A stretch of DNA of 45,395 bases, taken from assembly GCA_001805125.1 (NCBI GenBank), contig MHEF01000121.1, positions 1,841-47,235 of the forward strand, read 5' to 3'. Of this stretch, positions 33,991 through 42,063 are shown piece after piece (within the stretch, counting starts at the first letter, position 1; the number at the start of each line of letters is the position of its first letter). A program made the translations under genes and the position numbers. Below the pieces are notes generated by a model that did no database searches, was not told the DNA's origin, and saw only the letters and a list, made by a program, of their open reading frames with translations. This DNA is from Nitrospirae bacterium RBG_13_39_12 (lineage in GTDB: Bacteria > Nitrospirota > Thermodesulfovibrionia > Thermodesulfovibrionales > SM23-35).

Positions 33991-34986
33991 ATGGTAAATA
34001 ATAAAAATATTTTGGGGGATATTTTTCTTTGGTTTGTTTGGTTCCCCTTTCGTATCTTTATACATCACCTACCTATAAAATTGGTAAATTTAATGGGGCA
34101 ATTAGGCGGCCTTGCTCTGTATGCATTCTCAAGAAAAAAGAGAGCGATAATGACTGAGGAACTTTCTTTTTTATTTAGCCATTCATCATCTTTAAACCAA
34201 AAAGAAATTAAAAAAATGGTCTATCGGGGCCTTCAGATATTTAGTAAAAGACAGATGGAGAATCTCTTTTGGGGGAAAATGAGTCCCCAGCTTATCAATC
34301 GCATGATTACAATCGAGGGAATTGCGCATCTTGAAAAAGCCTTGCAAAATAAAGATGGTGCTATTCTTCTCACTGCCCATTTTGGCTCTCAACAGATTGC
34401 CCCACTCGTGTTAGGTTTTAAAGGATATAAGGTTAATATAATGGCTGGTCCCCCTTTGATAGAAAAACAGACACCAATCCATGGGAAGATATTCAAAAGC
34501 CGCTCGAAAGAATCTAAGAGATTACCAATAAACTTTATTACACTTGATAGGTCTAAGAGACATTTATTTAGAGCACTAAGAAATAATGAGATACTATACA
34601 TTGGGTTTGATGGAAGGGAGGGAGTTAATTGGATTCCAGTAGATTTCTTCAATCATAAAGCCTTTTTTTCACCTGGTCCTATAAAACTGTCACTTAAAAC
34701 AAGAGCACCTATTTTGCCTACATTTATAGTAAGACAGAAGGACGATACACATCGGTTAATTATCGAGCCACCTTTTGAGCTTGAATTAGCAGAGGATGAA
34801 AAAAAAACACTTACCTTGAACACAGCGAAATTTGCTAAAATATTCGAGGAGTATATCTCAAAATATCCGTGTCACTATGCGATGACATTAATGCGTATGA
34901 AAGAATTGATGCAGGAAGGTGCGCTTGAATCAAGTCTTTTTCAAGGACATAAAAGAGAAGTATTAGTGAAAAATATGTTGAAATGA
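33991..34986 (+). CDS. LpxL/HtrB-like (lipid A biosynthesis-type) acyltransferase family protein
   Basis: N-terminal membrane anchor, then the family pattern: AILLTAHFGSQQIAP (compare vil.tpHfGnwEl), LRALRNNEILYIGFDGREG, FFNHKAFFSPGPIKLSLKTRAPILP. The dyad position H-x4-E reads H-F-G-S-Q-Q. Confidence 0.65.
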   Translation: MVNNKNILGDIFLWFVWFPFRIFIHHLPIKLVNLMGQLGGLALYAFSRKKRAIMTEELSFLFSHSSSLNQKEIKKMVYRGLQIFSKRQMENLFWGKMSPQLINRMITIEGIAHLEKALQNKDGAILLTAHFGSQQIAPLVLGFKGYKVNIMAGPPLIEKQTPIHGKIFKSRSKESKRLPINFITLDRSKRHLFRALRNNEILYIGFDGREGVNWIPVDFFNHKAFFSPGPIKLSLKTRAPILPTFIVRQKDDTHRLIIEPPFELELAEDEKKTLTLNTAKFAKIFEEYISKYPCHYAMTLMRMKELMQEGALESSLFQGHKREVLVKNMLK

Positions 34987-35169
34987 TGACATCTATTATG
35001 TCATATAAGTAGAAGCACTTCCTAAGCACTTATTATGAAGGAAAGGAATAAGAGTATTTTTTATAAAGTGCGCAAGAAATTGCTTTTATTCGAGAACCAT
35101 TTGTAGATAGGGCCACTGAATATTAACACGTAAAAGTCTGATAAAAACTCAATTTAATAGAAAATAGTC

Positions 35170-36357
35170 ATGGCAAAGATTTTGTATATTATAATATCCT
35201 TGTCCCTAGGCGTTTTGGTTTATTGGTTTCTTCCTAAAAGAAGTCGCAGCATATTTCTGCTTGCGGCGAGTCTTTTTTTTATGTCCTTCTTTAGTATAAA
35301 ATATACACTTTATTTTCTGCTTATTGCATTATCTATTTATTTTACAGGTATTTTTATACAGAAAGAGGACAAAAATAAAATACTTTTTCTCAAGCTTGCA
35401 TTATTCTTTCTAATTGGAAATCTCTGCGTTTTTAAGTATATTGATTCATTACTCAATGCTATATTTAGGATTGGTTTTCAATTTCCAGTGATACCAGAGA
35501 CAACATTTTCGAAGATAGCTATCCCTATGGGGATGTCGTATATTATTTTCAGGTTAATACATTATGTTGTAGAGATTTACAGAAAAACCCTGCCTACCCA
35601 TACATTCTGGGACCTTGCATTATTTGTATTCTTTTTCCCCACGTTTTTGGCGGGACCAGTTGATAGATTTCAAAGATTCCAACCACAGATTGCAGAGCAA
35701 AATTCTTTTGATTCTTCAGATATGAATTACGGTTTGTTTCGCATCGTCTCAGGAATGATTAAGAAATTTATTATAGCAGACCACCTGAAACCATTAGTCA
35801 TATCTGTACTTTCATCACCACAGGAATCTTTATGGGCGATTGTAGTGCTTGCAATCTATGGCTTGGCAATACAGATTTATATGGATTTTTCTGGTTATAC
35901 AGACATGGCTGTTGGTGTCGCAAGATTATTTGGATACAAGATAATGGAAAACTTTAACTATCCATATTTTAAAAAGAACATTGCCCTGTTTTGGCGAAAC
36001 TGGCATATTTCTGTTTACAGTTTTATAAGGGACTATTTTTTCTTCCCATTCTTCGGTTATCGCGCTTCCCGAAAAAAGATTTACATTGGTATATTTATAA
36101 CTATGATTGTATTTATGTTATGGCATGAGGCCAGCCTACCTTTTCTATTTTTGGGAATTTATCATGGTTCTGGTTTAGTGTTATGGCAAGGTTTCCAGGA
36201 ATTAAAAGGGAAACATGCAAGCATTAAAAAAATGGTAGATAATAAGTATTTGGATCCCCTTTTAAATTTTTTAACATTTAGTTTTGTGAGTTTCAGTTTT
36301 ATCTTTTTCAGTTTTGACATGAATGCCATAAAAGCTATTTTGCTTAGAATATTCTAA
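35170..36357 (+). CDS. MBOAT-family membrane-bound O-acyltransferase (DltB/AlgI-like)
   Basis: 395-aa polytopic protein. MBOAT hallmarks: SYIIFRLIHYVVE, FWRNWHISVYSFIRDYFFFPF, and MLWHEASLPFLFLGIYHG (conserved His). Confidence 0.9.
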   Translation: MAKILYIIISLSLGVLVYWFLPKRSRSIFLLAASLFFMSFFSIKYTLYFLLIALSIYFTGIFIQKEDKNKILFLKLALFFLIGNLCVFKYIDSLLNAIFRIGFQFPVIPETTFSKIAIPMGMSYIIFRLIHYVVEIYRKTLPTHTFWDLALFVFFFPTFLAGPVDRFQRFQPQIAEQNSFDSSDMNYGLFRIVSGMIKKFIIADHLKPLVISVLSSPQESLWAIVVLAIYGLAIQIYMDFSGYTDMAVGVARLFGYKIMENFNYPYFKKNIALFWRNWHISVYSFIRDYFFFPFFGYRASRKKIYIGIFITMIVFMLWHEASLPFLFLGIYHGSGLVLWQGFQELKGKHASIKKMVDNKYLDPLLNFLTFSFVSFSFIFFSFDMNAIKAILLRIF

Positions 36358-36420
36358 TACCTACTTTCTTTAGGAAGCAAACATTACCAATTTAGTTATG
36401 AATAAATATGGGGATGATAC

Positions 36421-36660
36421 ATGAAAGAACAAATTAAAAAATTTATAATTAATAATTTTATGTTTGGTGAAGGTATTCTTAAAGATGATGATCCCTTATT
36501 CGAATCGGGCATAATAGATTCGCTCGGTTTTATTAAATTGCTTGCCTTTATAGAAGAGAAGTTTGAGGTTTGTATAGATATGGGCGAAGTTACCATAGAA
36601 AAATTTAATACTATCAATGAAATGATGAAAACCTTAGAAAATAAATTACCTAAGGTTTAG
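36421..36660 (+). CDS. Acyl/aminoacyl carrier protein (DltC/ACP-like)
   Basis: 79 aa with the phosphopantetheine attachment motif GIIDSLGFIKLLAFIEEKF (D-S-L). It lies directly after the MBOAT gene. Confidence 0.85.
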   Translation: MKEQIKKFIINNFMFGEGILKDDDPLFESGIIDSLGFIKLLAFIEEKFEVCIDMGEVTIEKFNTINEMMKTLENKLPKV

Positions 36661-36737
36661 TAATTTCTACTCTAAAAAGATAATGTTGAGGATCATTATA
36701 GAGAAAATAGTTAGAAAAATACTAAAAAGGAGTACAT

Positions 36738-36857
36738 ATGAAAAATAACAAAAAAACATTTTTTACGGTTATCTTAATCCTTATTTTAATTTTAATTGTT
36801 TACGTATTGTATCTTCTGGGTTACAAGCTGGAAGGTTTCGTATATGAAAAATTTTAA
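36738..36857 (+). CDS. 39-aa single-pass membrane microprotein with C-terminal F-V-Y-E-K-F (DltX-like acyl-shuttle candidate)
   Basis: Below the ORF-track size cut-off and translated by hand: MKNNKKTFFTVILILILILIVYVLYLLGYKLEGFVYEKF*. AAGGAG lies at 36727-36732, 5 nt before ATG 36738. The stop is at 36855-36857, overlapping the next gene's ATG (36844) by 14 nt. Confidence 0.6.
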   Translation: MKNNKKTFFTVILILILILIVYVLYLLGYKLEGFVYEKF

Positions 36858-37875
36858 GCACCTTTTTATGCCTTCATATATTGTTAGACATAGCGGGTTT
36901 AGGGCAGTATATATTGCATTCATTATTATTTTTATATTTATTTTCTCATTGGAACTTACTGATAGGATTCTTTTTAGACCAAAAAGTATTTTTGCCAGAA
37001 GTGTACGCGATTTTGAAAAACAAAAAAGTCAAATACAAATTCTATTCCTTGGTCAATCAGATGTGCAATTTGACATTATCCCTGATGAGTTTAATTACAG
37101 GGCATTTAATTTCTCTGGTAGCGGAGAAACTTTTTTAGAAACATATTATAAATTAAAACACTATATACGTGATATGCATGAGGTAAAAATAGTTGTATTG
37201 GCAGTTACCTTCTCGACTTTTTCATCTTATCGTGCAGACGAAATACAATGGGAATATTTTGTATATAGGTATATAACATATAGTGAGATCTTGGAGTTAT
37301 ACAAGCTGAAGGGACCGATGGTAATAAGAGAAAAGCTTTTGAGCTTTTGTCCTATTGTTAGAAGAATTGAGATGATTGATTTTCTTCGTAATATGAAAAA
37401 GTTACTAACAAATCAGCCTATTGATAAAACAGAAATGTATGATGGGTTTGTAAAGAATGTTGGAAGCAATGTTACTAAGGAAGGAGCGTTAGAAAGGGTA
37501 GAAAGACAATTTAAGGGACAAAATTTATTAGATAATAATTTTTTATTATATTTCGAAAAAATATTGAAATTGTGCGTGGACAATAATATTAAAGTATTTT
37601 TGGTAACATTACCGGTAAGTAATTATTATTTTGAACATTCAAAAAAATACATAAACAAAGATTTACTTTATAAAAAGGTTATAAATAATCCAGTATATGG
37701 CAAATACGTACATAAATATTTGGATCTGTTAGAAATTTATAAAAATGATAATGACCTTTTTTTAAATCAGGACCATTTAAATGATGAAGGTGCCCGGAAA
37801 GTATCAAGGCTTATAGCATCTGAATGGTCTAAGACGATCGAAGATATTATGAATGCTCAATATTTCCTAAAATGA
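36844..37875 (+). CDS. Membrane-anchored DltD/SGNH-like acyl-transfer protein (DUF1574-like)
   Basis: The track start 36796 is a TTG inside the microprotein ORF, so ATG 36844 (MKNFKHLF) is preferred. It has an N-terminal TM (AVYIAFIIIFIFIFSL), a block-I-like ILFLGQSDV (candidate Ser nucleophile), and a block-V-like NQDHLNDEGA (D-x-x-H) near the C-terminus. Confidence 0.5.
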   Translation: MKNFKHLFMPSYIVRHSGFRAVYIAFIIIFIFIFSLELTDRILFRPKSIFARSVRDFEKQKSQIQILFLGQSDVQFDIIPDEFNYRAFNFSGSGETFLETYYKLKHYIRDMHEVKIVVLAVTFSTFSSYRADEIQWEYFVYRYITYSEILELYKLKGPMVIREKLLSFCPIVRRIEMIDFLRNMKKLLTNQPIDKTEMYDGFVKNVGSNVTKEGALERVERQFKGQNLLDNNFLLYFEKILKLCVDNNIKVFLVTLPVSNYYFEHSKKYINKDLLYKKVINNPVYGKYVHKYLDLLEIYKNDNDLFLNQDHLNDEGARKVSRLIASEWSKTIEDIMNAQYFLK

Positions 37876-37900
37876 TTTATTTAAAGGGCGGAATGAAGGT

Positions 37901-38965
37901 ATGAAATATGAAATTATAAGTTTGCAACCACTTAGAGTTGAGAATACGAGTTATAATGCAGCCCTGAGTTATTTGGGAAGAGAAAATTTAATAAAGATTA
38001 AATTTATAGAATTTTCATTACTCAGACAAGTTTGGCTGATTTGGCGTGGTACAACAAGAAAATATCCCCTCTCAAGGATCATTAAAAATATTTATGCTAT
38101 AGTGAAATTGTTTTTGTCTAAAAATAAAACTCTCATAATAGGAGCGGCGCCATACAGCATAGTTGTATTTTTGCTCAACAAGCTAAAATCAAGGAACAGA
38201 TGTATTTTTTACACATCATGGCCGTACTGGGATGAAAAGAGATATCCCGAGAGGGTATTTATATCTTCTCAAATAAAAGCATGGAAAAAGTTTTTAGATG
38301 GCATTATATCCGCCGGTGTAACTACGGCTTCCTGTGAAGGCATAGCAAAATATGGAGCAAAAAGTTTTTTCATGCCACATACTATTGATACGAACTTATT
38401 CAGGCCACTTGTCACGAAACCTACCTCAGATAAAGTCAAAGTATTGTATGTTGGAAAACTATTAAAGATAAAGGGATTACCAAGAATTGTAAATTTAGTC
38501 AAAAACTATAAGTGGCAAAATATAGAATTCTGTATTGCCGGTGGGGGCCCATATGAAGAGGAAATTATAAAAATGGAAAAAGGAAACTATCCGGTCAGAT
38601 ATCTGGGTTATATCGAAAACAAAAGGGATTTGGTATCTATTTACCAAGGCTCTGACATTCTAATCTTACCGTCGTTCCAAGAAAATTTTGGAATTGTCCT
38701 GATAGAAGCAATGGCATGCCAGCTTCCAGTGATAGCAACTGACTGTGCCGGCCCGAGGGAGATTATAGAGGATGGTGTGAATGGTATGCTTATTCCACAG
38801 GAAAGCGAGGAGGCATTAAGAGACGCCGTTCTGCAATTGGCTAATTCACCGGAATTACGGGATAAATATGGTGTAAATGGCAGAAAGAAAGTAGAAAAAA
38901 TGTATGATGTAAAGGAAGCTGCAAGGCGGTGGCTGGAAATAATAGAAATGGTTCATACTACATAA
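37901..38965 (+). CDS. GT4-family (GT-B fold) glycosyltransferase
   Basis: C-terminal domain pattern ILILPSFQENFGIVLIEAMACQLPVIATDCAGPREIIEDGVNGMLI (E-x7-E region). Confidence 0.9.
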   Translation: MKYEIISLQPLRVENTSYNAALSYLGRENLIKIKFIEFSLLRQVWLIWRGTTRKYPLSRIIKNIYAIVKLFLSKNKTLIIGAAPYSIVVFLLNKLKSRNRCIFYTSWPYWDEKRYPERVFISSQIKAWKKFLDGIISAGVTTASCEGIAKYGAKSFFMPHTIDTNLFRPLVTKPTSDKVKVLYVGKLLKIKGLPRIVNLVKNYKWQNIEFCIAGGGPYEEEIIKMEKGNYPVRYLGYIENKRDLVSIYQGSDILILPSFQENFGIVLIEAMACQLPVIATDCAGPREIIEDGVNGMLIPQESEEALRDAVLQLANSPELRDKYGVNGRKKVEKMYDVKEAARRWLEIIEMVHTT

Positions 38966-38984
38966 AACAAGGAGTCTCAAATAT

Positions 38985-39956
38985 ATGAAGGGGATTATAG
39001 CAAGATTCAAAGCAAATCTATTTTTTGCATTGCCTGTTAATAGATATATAGTCAACATCCTGAAACATAGGCTTTTCAGTGGTCTTTATATTCCTCAAGT
39101 GATACAGCTTGAAGTTACTAATTACTGCAATGCAAAATGCATTTTATGCCCATATACAAAAATTACAAGACCAAAAGGTTATATGCCATGGCACATTTTT
39201 GAGAAGATAATTAACGAATGCTCGCAATTTGAAAAAGGCAGAGGATTAAAATTAATCCTGCATAAAGATGGAGAACCATTGATGGACCCCTTGCTTTTTA
39301 AAAGAATTGATTATATCAAAGAAAAGCTGAAAAAGAGTACAGTCCATTTCAACACTAATGCAATGCTTTTGAATGAAGATAAAGCTATCAATATACTAAA
39401 TTCTCCCCTGGATTCCATTACATTCAGCGTTGACGGCACTTCCAAAGAGACTTATGAAAAGATTAGAGAGGGCCTGAAATATGATGCTGTTGTAAAAAAT
39501 ATAAATAATTTTTTTAATAAGAAAAAAGAATTAAATAAGAAAATTCATATAACTATGCAGATGGTATTGAATAAAGACAATATGCATGAAATTGGCAAAT
39601 ATAAGAAATTGTGGGGCGATAAGGCAGACAGGATTTTTATTAAAAATGCGCATAATTTTTTAGTGCAGAAAACATCATTCCATGGCGGAGTGCTGGGTGA
39701 AAAACAATTAAGCAGGTGTATGCAGACATTTAATCTTATGTTGTTCTACTGGAATGGTGATGTTGCTTTATGCTGTTGGGATTATGATAATTTAGTAGGC
39801 CTTGGGAATATAGAGAAAGACTCATTGTTGGGAATTTATAATAACGATAAGTTTAATAAGGTAAGGAATGCCATGAAAAATAAGAACTGCAAAGATATTG
39901 TACCCTGCAATATTTGCTCTCAGATTTACGGCAAAGATGGTAGACAATGGGCGTAA
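38985..39956 (+). CDS. Radical SAM protein with C-terminal SPASM/twitch-like Cys-rich domain
   Basis: Cluster motif TNYCNAKCILCPY (CxxxCxxC). The C-terminal stretch is CMQTF...WNGDVALCCWDYDNLVGLGNI...CKDIVPCNICSQ. An AAGGAG RBS is present. Confidence 0.85.
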   Translation: MKGIIARFKANLFFALPVNRYIVNILKHRLFSGLYIPQVIQLEVTNYCNAKCILCPYTKITRPKGYMPWHIFEKIINECSQFEKGRGLKLILHKDGEPLMDPLLFKRIDYIKEKLKKSTVHFNTNAMLLNEDKAINILNSPLDSITFSVDGTSKETYEKIREGLKYDAVVKNINNFFNKKKELNKKIHITMQMVLNKDNMHEIGKYKKLWGDKADRIFIKNAHNFLVQKTSFHGGVLGEKQLSRCMQTFNLMLFYWNGDVALCCWDYDNLVGLGNIEKDSLLGIYNNDKFNKVRNAMKNKNCKDIVPCNICSQIYGKDGRQWA

Positions 39957-39983
39957 GGTAAGTAAAAAGAAGGAGGGGAAGAT

Positions 39984-41645
39984 ATGAAATCCTATCCTAA
40001 GAAGACAATATTATACGCTGTTGTTTTTTTTACCTTAATTTTTGTTATTTTTTATATTACAAGCCCAATATATTCTTTAGAGCGGGATAGGAATGGCCAA
40101 GTATTTCAGGCTGCTAATTCTGAGATATCGCAGAAAAAAGAACAAGCCCATAGATTAATCAAACAAAAAGGGTTGGAAGGAGTAGATGTCTCTGAAACCA
40201 CATCGCTTCTTGAACAATTGCGAATCGCTATGAAAAATGGCGATAAAGAAGAGTGTCTGAGATTATTAGATAAGTCGATTATTGTGTTGGAAAAAGGTGA
40301 GTTAGCAGGGCGGAAACAAGCTGAACCTGCTGATATAAAACAAAGAGATGAAATAGCTGTAGAACTGCCGGTCGCATCAGAAAAAGTTGATGTAACAGAA
40401 TTAGTACCTAATTTGACATCTGGAAAAGACGCCGAGAAACTCACATCTGCGTTTAAATTTTATCAACTAAACGTTAAAAATGGAAAGGCATCATTAAGCG
40501 TGGGCTCCGTGCCTTTACTCATAACTGAAATTGCGTCTAAACAGGAAGACAGAACTGATTGCAAGGATTCACCTTTCGGGATTCATGACGTAGATGAATT
40601 TGATGAACGTCTCGTTGATGTAGGTGCATGCTGGATCCGGCACGCCGGCAATACGTCGCTTGTCTGGGATAGTGCGGAACATGAAAAAGGGAAGTTTGAT
40701 TGGTCTCGAACAGATTCTGCACTAATTGAAACCAACCGGAACAATTTATATATGGTAGTTAACATAAAGAGTTTTAATCATTGGGATCAAGGTAGAAAAC
40801 GTGGCGGAGGAAATAAACTGGTTAAGGATATTGACGCCTATCAAACCTTCTTGCAAAAAGCCGTGAAGCGGTATCCATTTGTTAAGGCGTGGCAGATAGG
40901 AAATGAACCGAATTATCAAAGGTCATGGGCAGACACGCCTGAAAATTACCTGACACTAATGAAAGTATCATATCAGGCAATTAAGCGGGCAAATCCTGAT
41001 GCTCTGGTGGTTATTGGAGGTGTATCTGATCCAAACGCTCTGAGTGAAGGATTCTGGCCAGAGATTTTTAAGCAAATAGGCAGAGGGAAAGAAAAGGAAC
41101 GTTATTTTGATGTATTTGATGCCCATTGGTTTCTGCACCAAGACAAATATAAGGAGGATATTGCACAACTGACTCCCTATATACAGAATATAAGGAAAAA
41201 GCTGAATGAAGCAGGATACAAAGATACTCCCATTTGGATTACTGAGATGGCGTCATATAGCGGAAGTCCGGTTATTATGAGCCGGGCAAGGACACGAGAA
41301 AAAAATAGACCTCAGATTTCAGAAATACAACATGCCGGTGAATTGGTGAAACTATATGTCCACGCTCTGAGTCTGGGTGTATCAAAAATATTCTGGGTAA
41401 GATTAATAGAATGGAACGGATACAATATTAAAAATGGATATTTTGACAACACAGGGCTTATAAACAACCCCCTTAATGATGGTGAATCACATAAAAAATT
41501 GGCTTATTACTCATATAAAAAACTTGCTGAAACTTTGAAAGGGGTTAATCCGAAAACCATTGAGGTATTAAATCTGGGGAAACAGCTCCATGCTTATAAA
41601 CTCTCAAAAAATGGACATCCAGTATATTTTATATGGGCTAATTGA
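39984..41645 (+). CDS. Membrane-anchored clan GH-A (TIM-barrel) glycoside hydrolase, PslG-like EPS hydrolase candidate
   Basis: N-terminal TM (ILYAVVFFTLIFVIFYITSPIY) and a linker of about 170 aa. It then shows AWQIGNEPN (N-E-P acid/base motif) and PIWITEMAS (nucleophile Glu) at the spacing expected for GH5/GH39-type enzymes. A strong GAAGGAGGGG RBS is present. Confidence 0.65.
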   Translation: MKSYPKKTILYAVVFFTLIFVIFYITSPIYSLERDRNGQVFQAANSEISQKKEQAHRLIKQKGLEGVDVSETTSLLEQLRIAMKNGDKEECLRLLDKSIIVLEKGELAGRKQAEPADIKQRDEIAVELPVASEKVDVTELVPNLTSGKDAEKLTSAFKFYQLNVKNGKASLSVGSVPLLITEIASKQEDRTDCKDSPFGIHDVDEFDERLVDVGACWIRHAGNTSLVWDSAEHEKGKFDWSRTDSALIETNRNNLYMVVNIKSFNHWDQGRKRGGGNKLVKDIDAYQTFLQKAVKRYPFVKAWQIGNEPNYQRSWADTPENYLTLMKVSYQAIKRANPDALVVIGGVSDPNALSEGFWPEIFKQIGRGKEKERYFDVFDAHWFLHQDKYKEDIAQLTPYIQNIRKKLNEAGYKDTPIWITEMASYSGSPVIMSRARTREKNRPQISEIQHAGELVKLYVHALSLGVSKIFWVRLIEWNGYNIKNGYFDNTGLINNPLNDGESHKKLAYYSYKKLAETLKGVNPKTIEVLNLGKQLHAYKLSKNGHPVYFIWAN

Positions 41646-41677
41646 TGAGCTTGAGTGACAGAATGGTAAATATTTTC

Positions 41678-41965
41678 AGTCTCAGTGCTCCAAACCAGTG
41701 CGTGAATGTAGAGCTTATGGGGCTGAGTACTGACGGGGCATTCGCCGAATATGCAGCTGTAAGTGAAAGATACTGCTAGGAAAATTAACTAATTGGAAAA
41801 GATATATTCTGGCAATGGTATCTTTGATATAGGCGCCCTTATTGAACCTATCGGCTGCGCCTACAACGGCACCTTTATCGCAGGCGGCGGATTTATAACC
41901 CTGGTGATGTTGTAGCCGTTTACGGCGCATGGACTCTATAGGACTTGGTGCTATTTTGCTTGAAC
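41678..41965 (+). pseudogene. Decayed internal fragment of a zinc-type medium-chain dehydrogenase/reductase (alcohol/sorbitol/threonine dehydrogenase family)
   Basis: Frame A (41678-41779) reads SLSAPNQCVNVELMGLSTDGAFAEYAAVSERYC*. Frame B (from 41826) reads DIGALIEPIGCAYNGTFIAGG.... A shifted frame (from 41900) reads PGDVVAVYGA..., and a further shift (from 41938) reads IGLGAILLE. This matches the MDR order dGgfAEY ... EPla ... G..V.V.GaGpiGL. It is broken by at least 2 frameshifts and 3 stops, and both termini are missing. Confidence 0.65.
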
Positions 41966-42063
41966 CTCCTTTCTTTATTAATTCTATCAGGTGATATTCT
42001 ATCACTATTGACAGAGGTTTCAAACCTTATGCTAATTTTTTAGCGGACAACAGTGAAATAAAG

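Noticed and set aside
36396-37138. ORFs 36396-36617(-) and 36881-37138(+), and the TTG start at 36796
   Set aside because: They are antisense to the carrier-protein gene or out of frame within the DltD-like gene. The TTG-initiated extension overlaps the better-supported microprotein ORF, and ATG 36844 follows directly.
41715-42023. 102-aa minus-strand ORF
   Set aside because: It is antisense to the frameshifted MDR-dehydrogenase fragments, which explain the region better.
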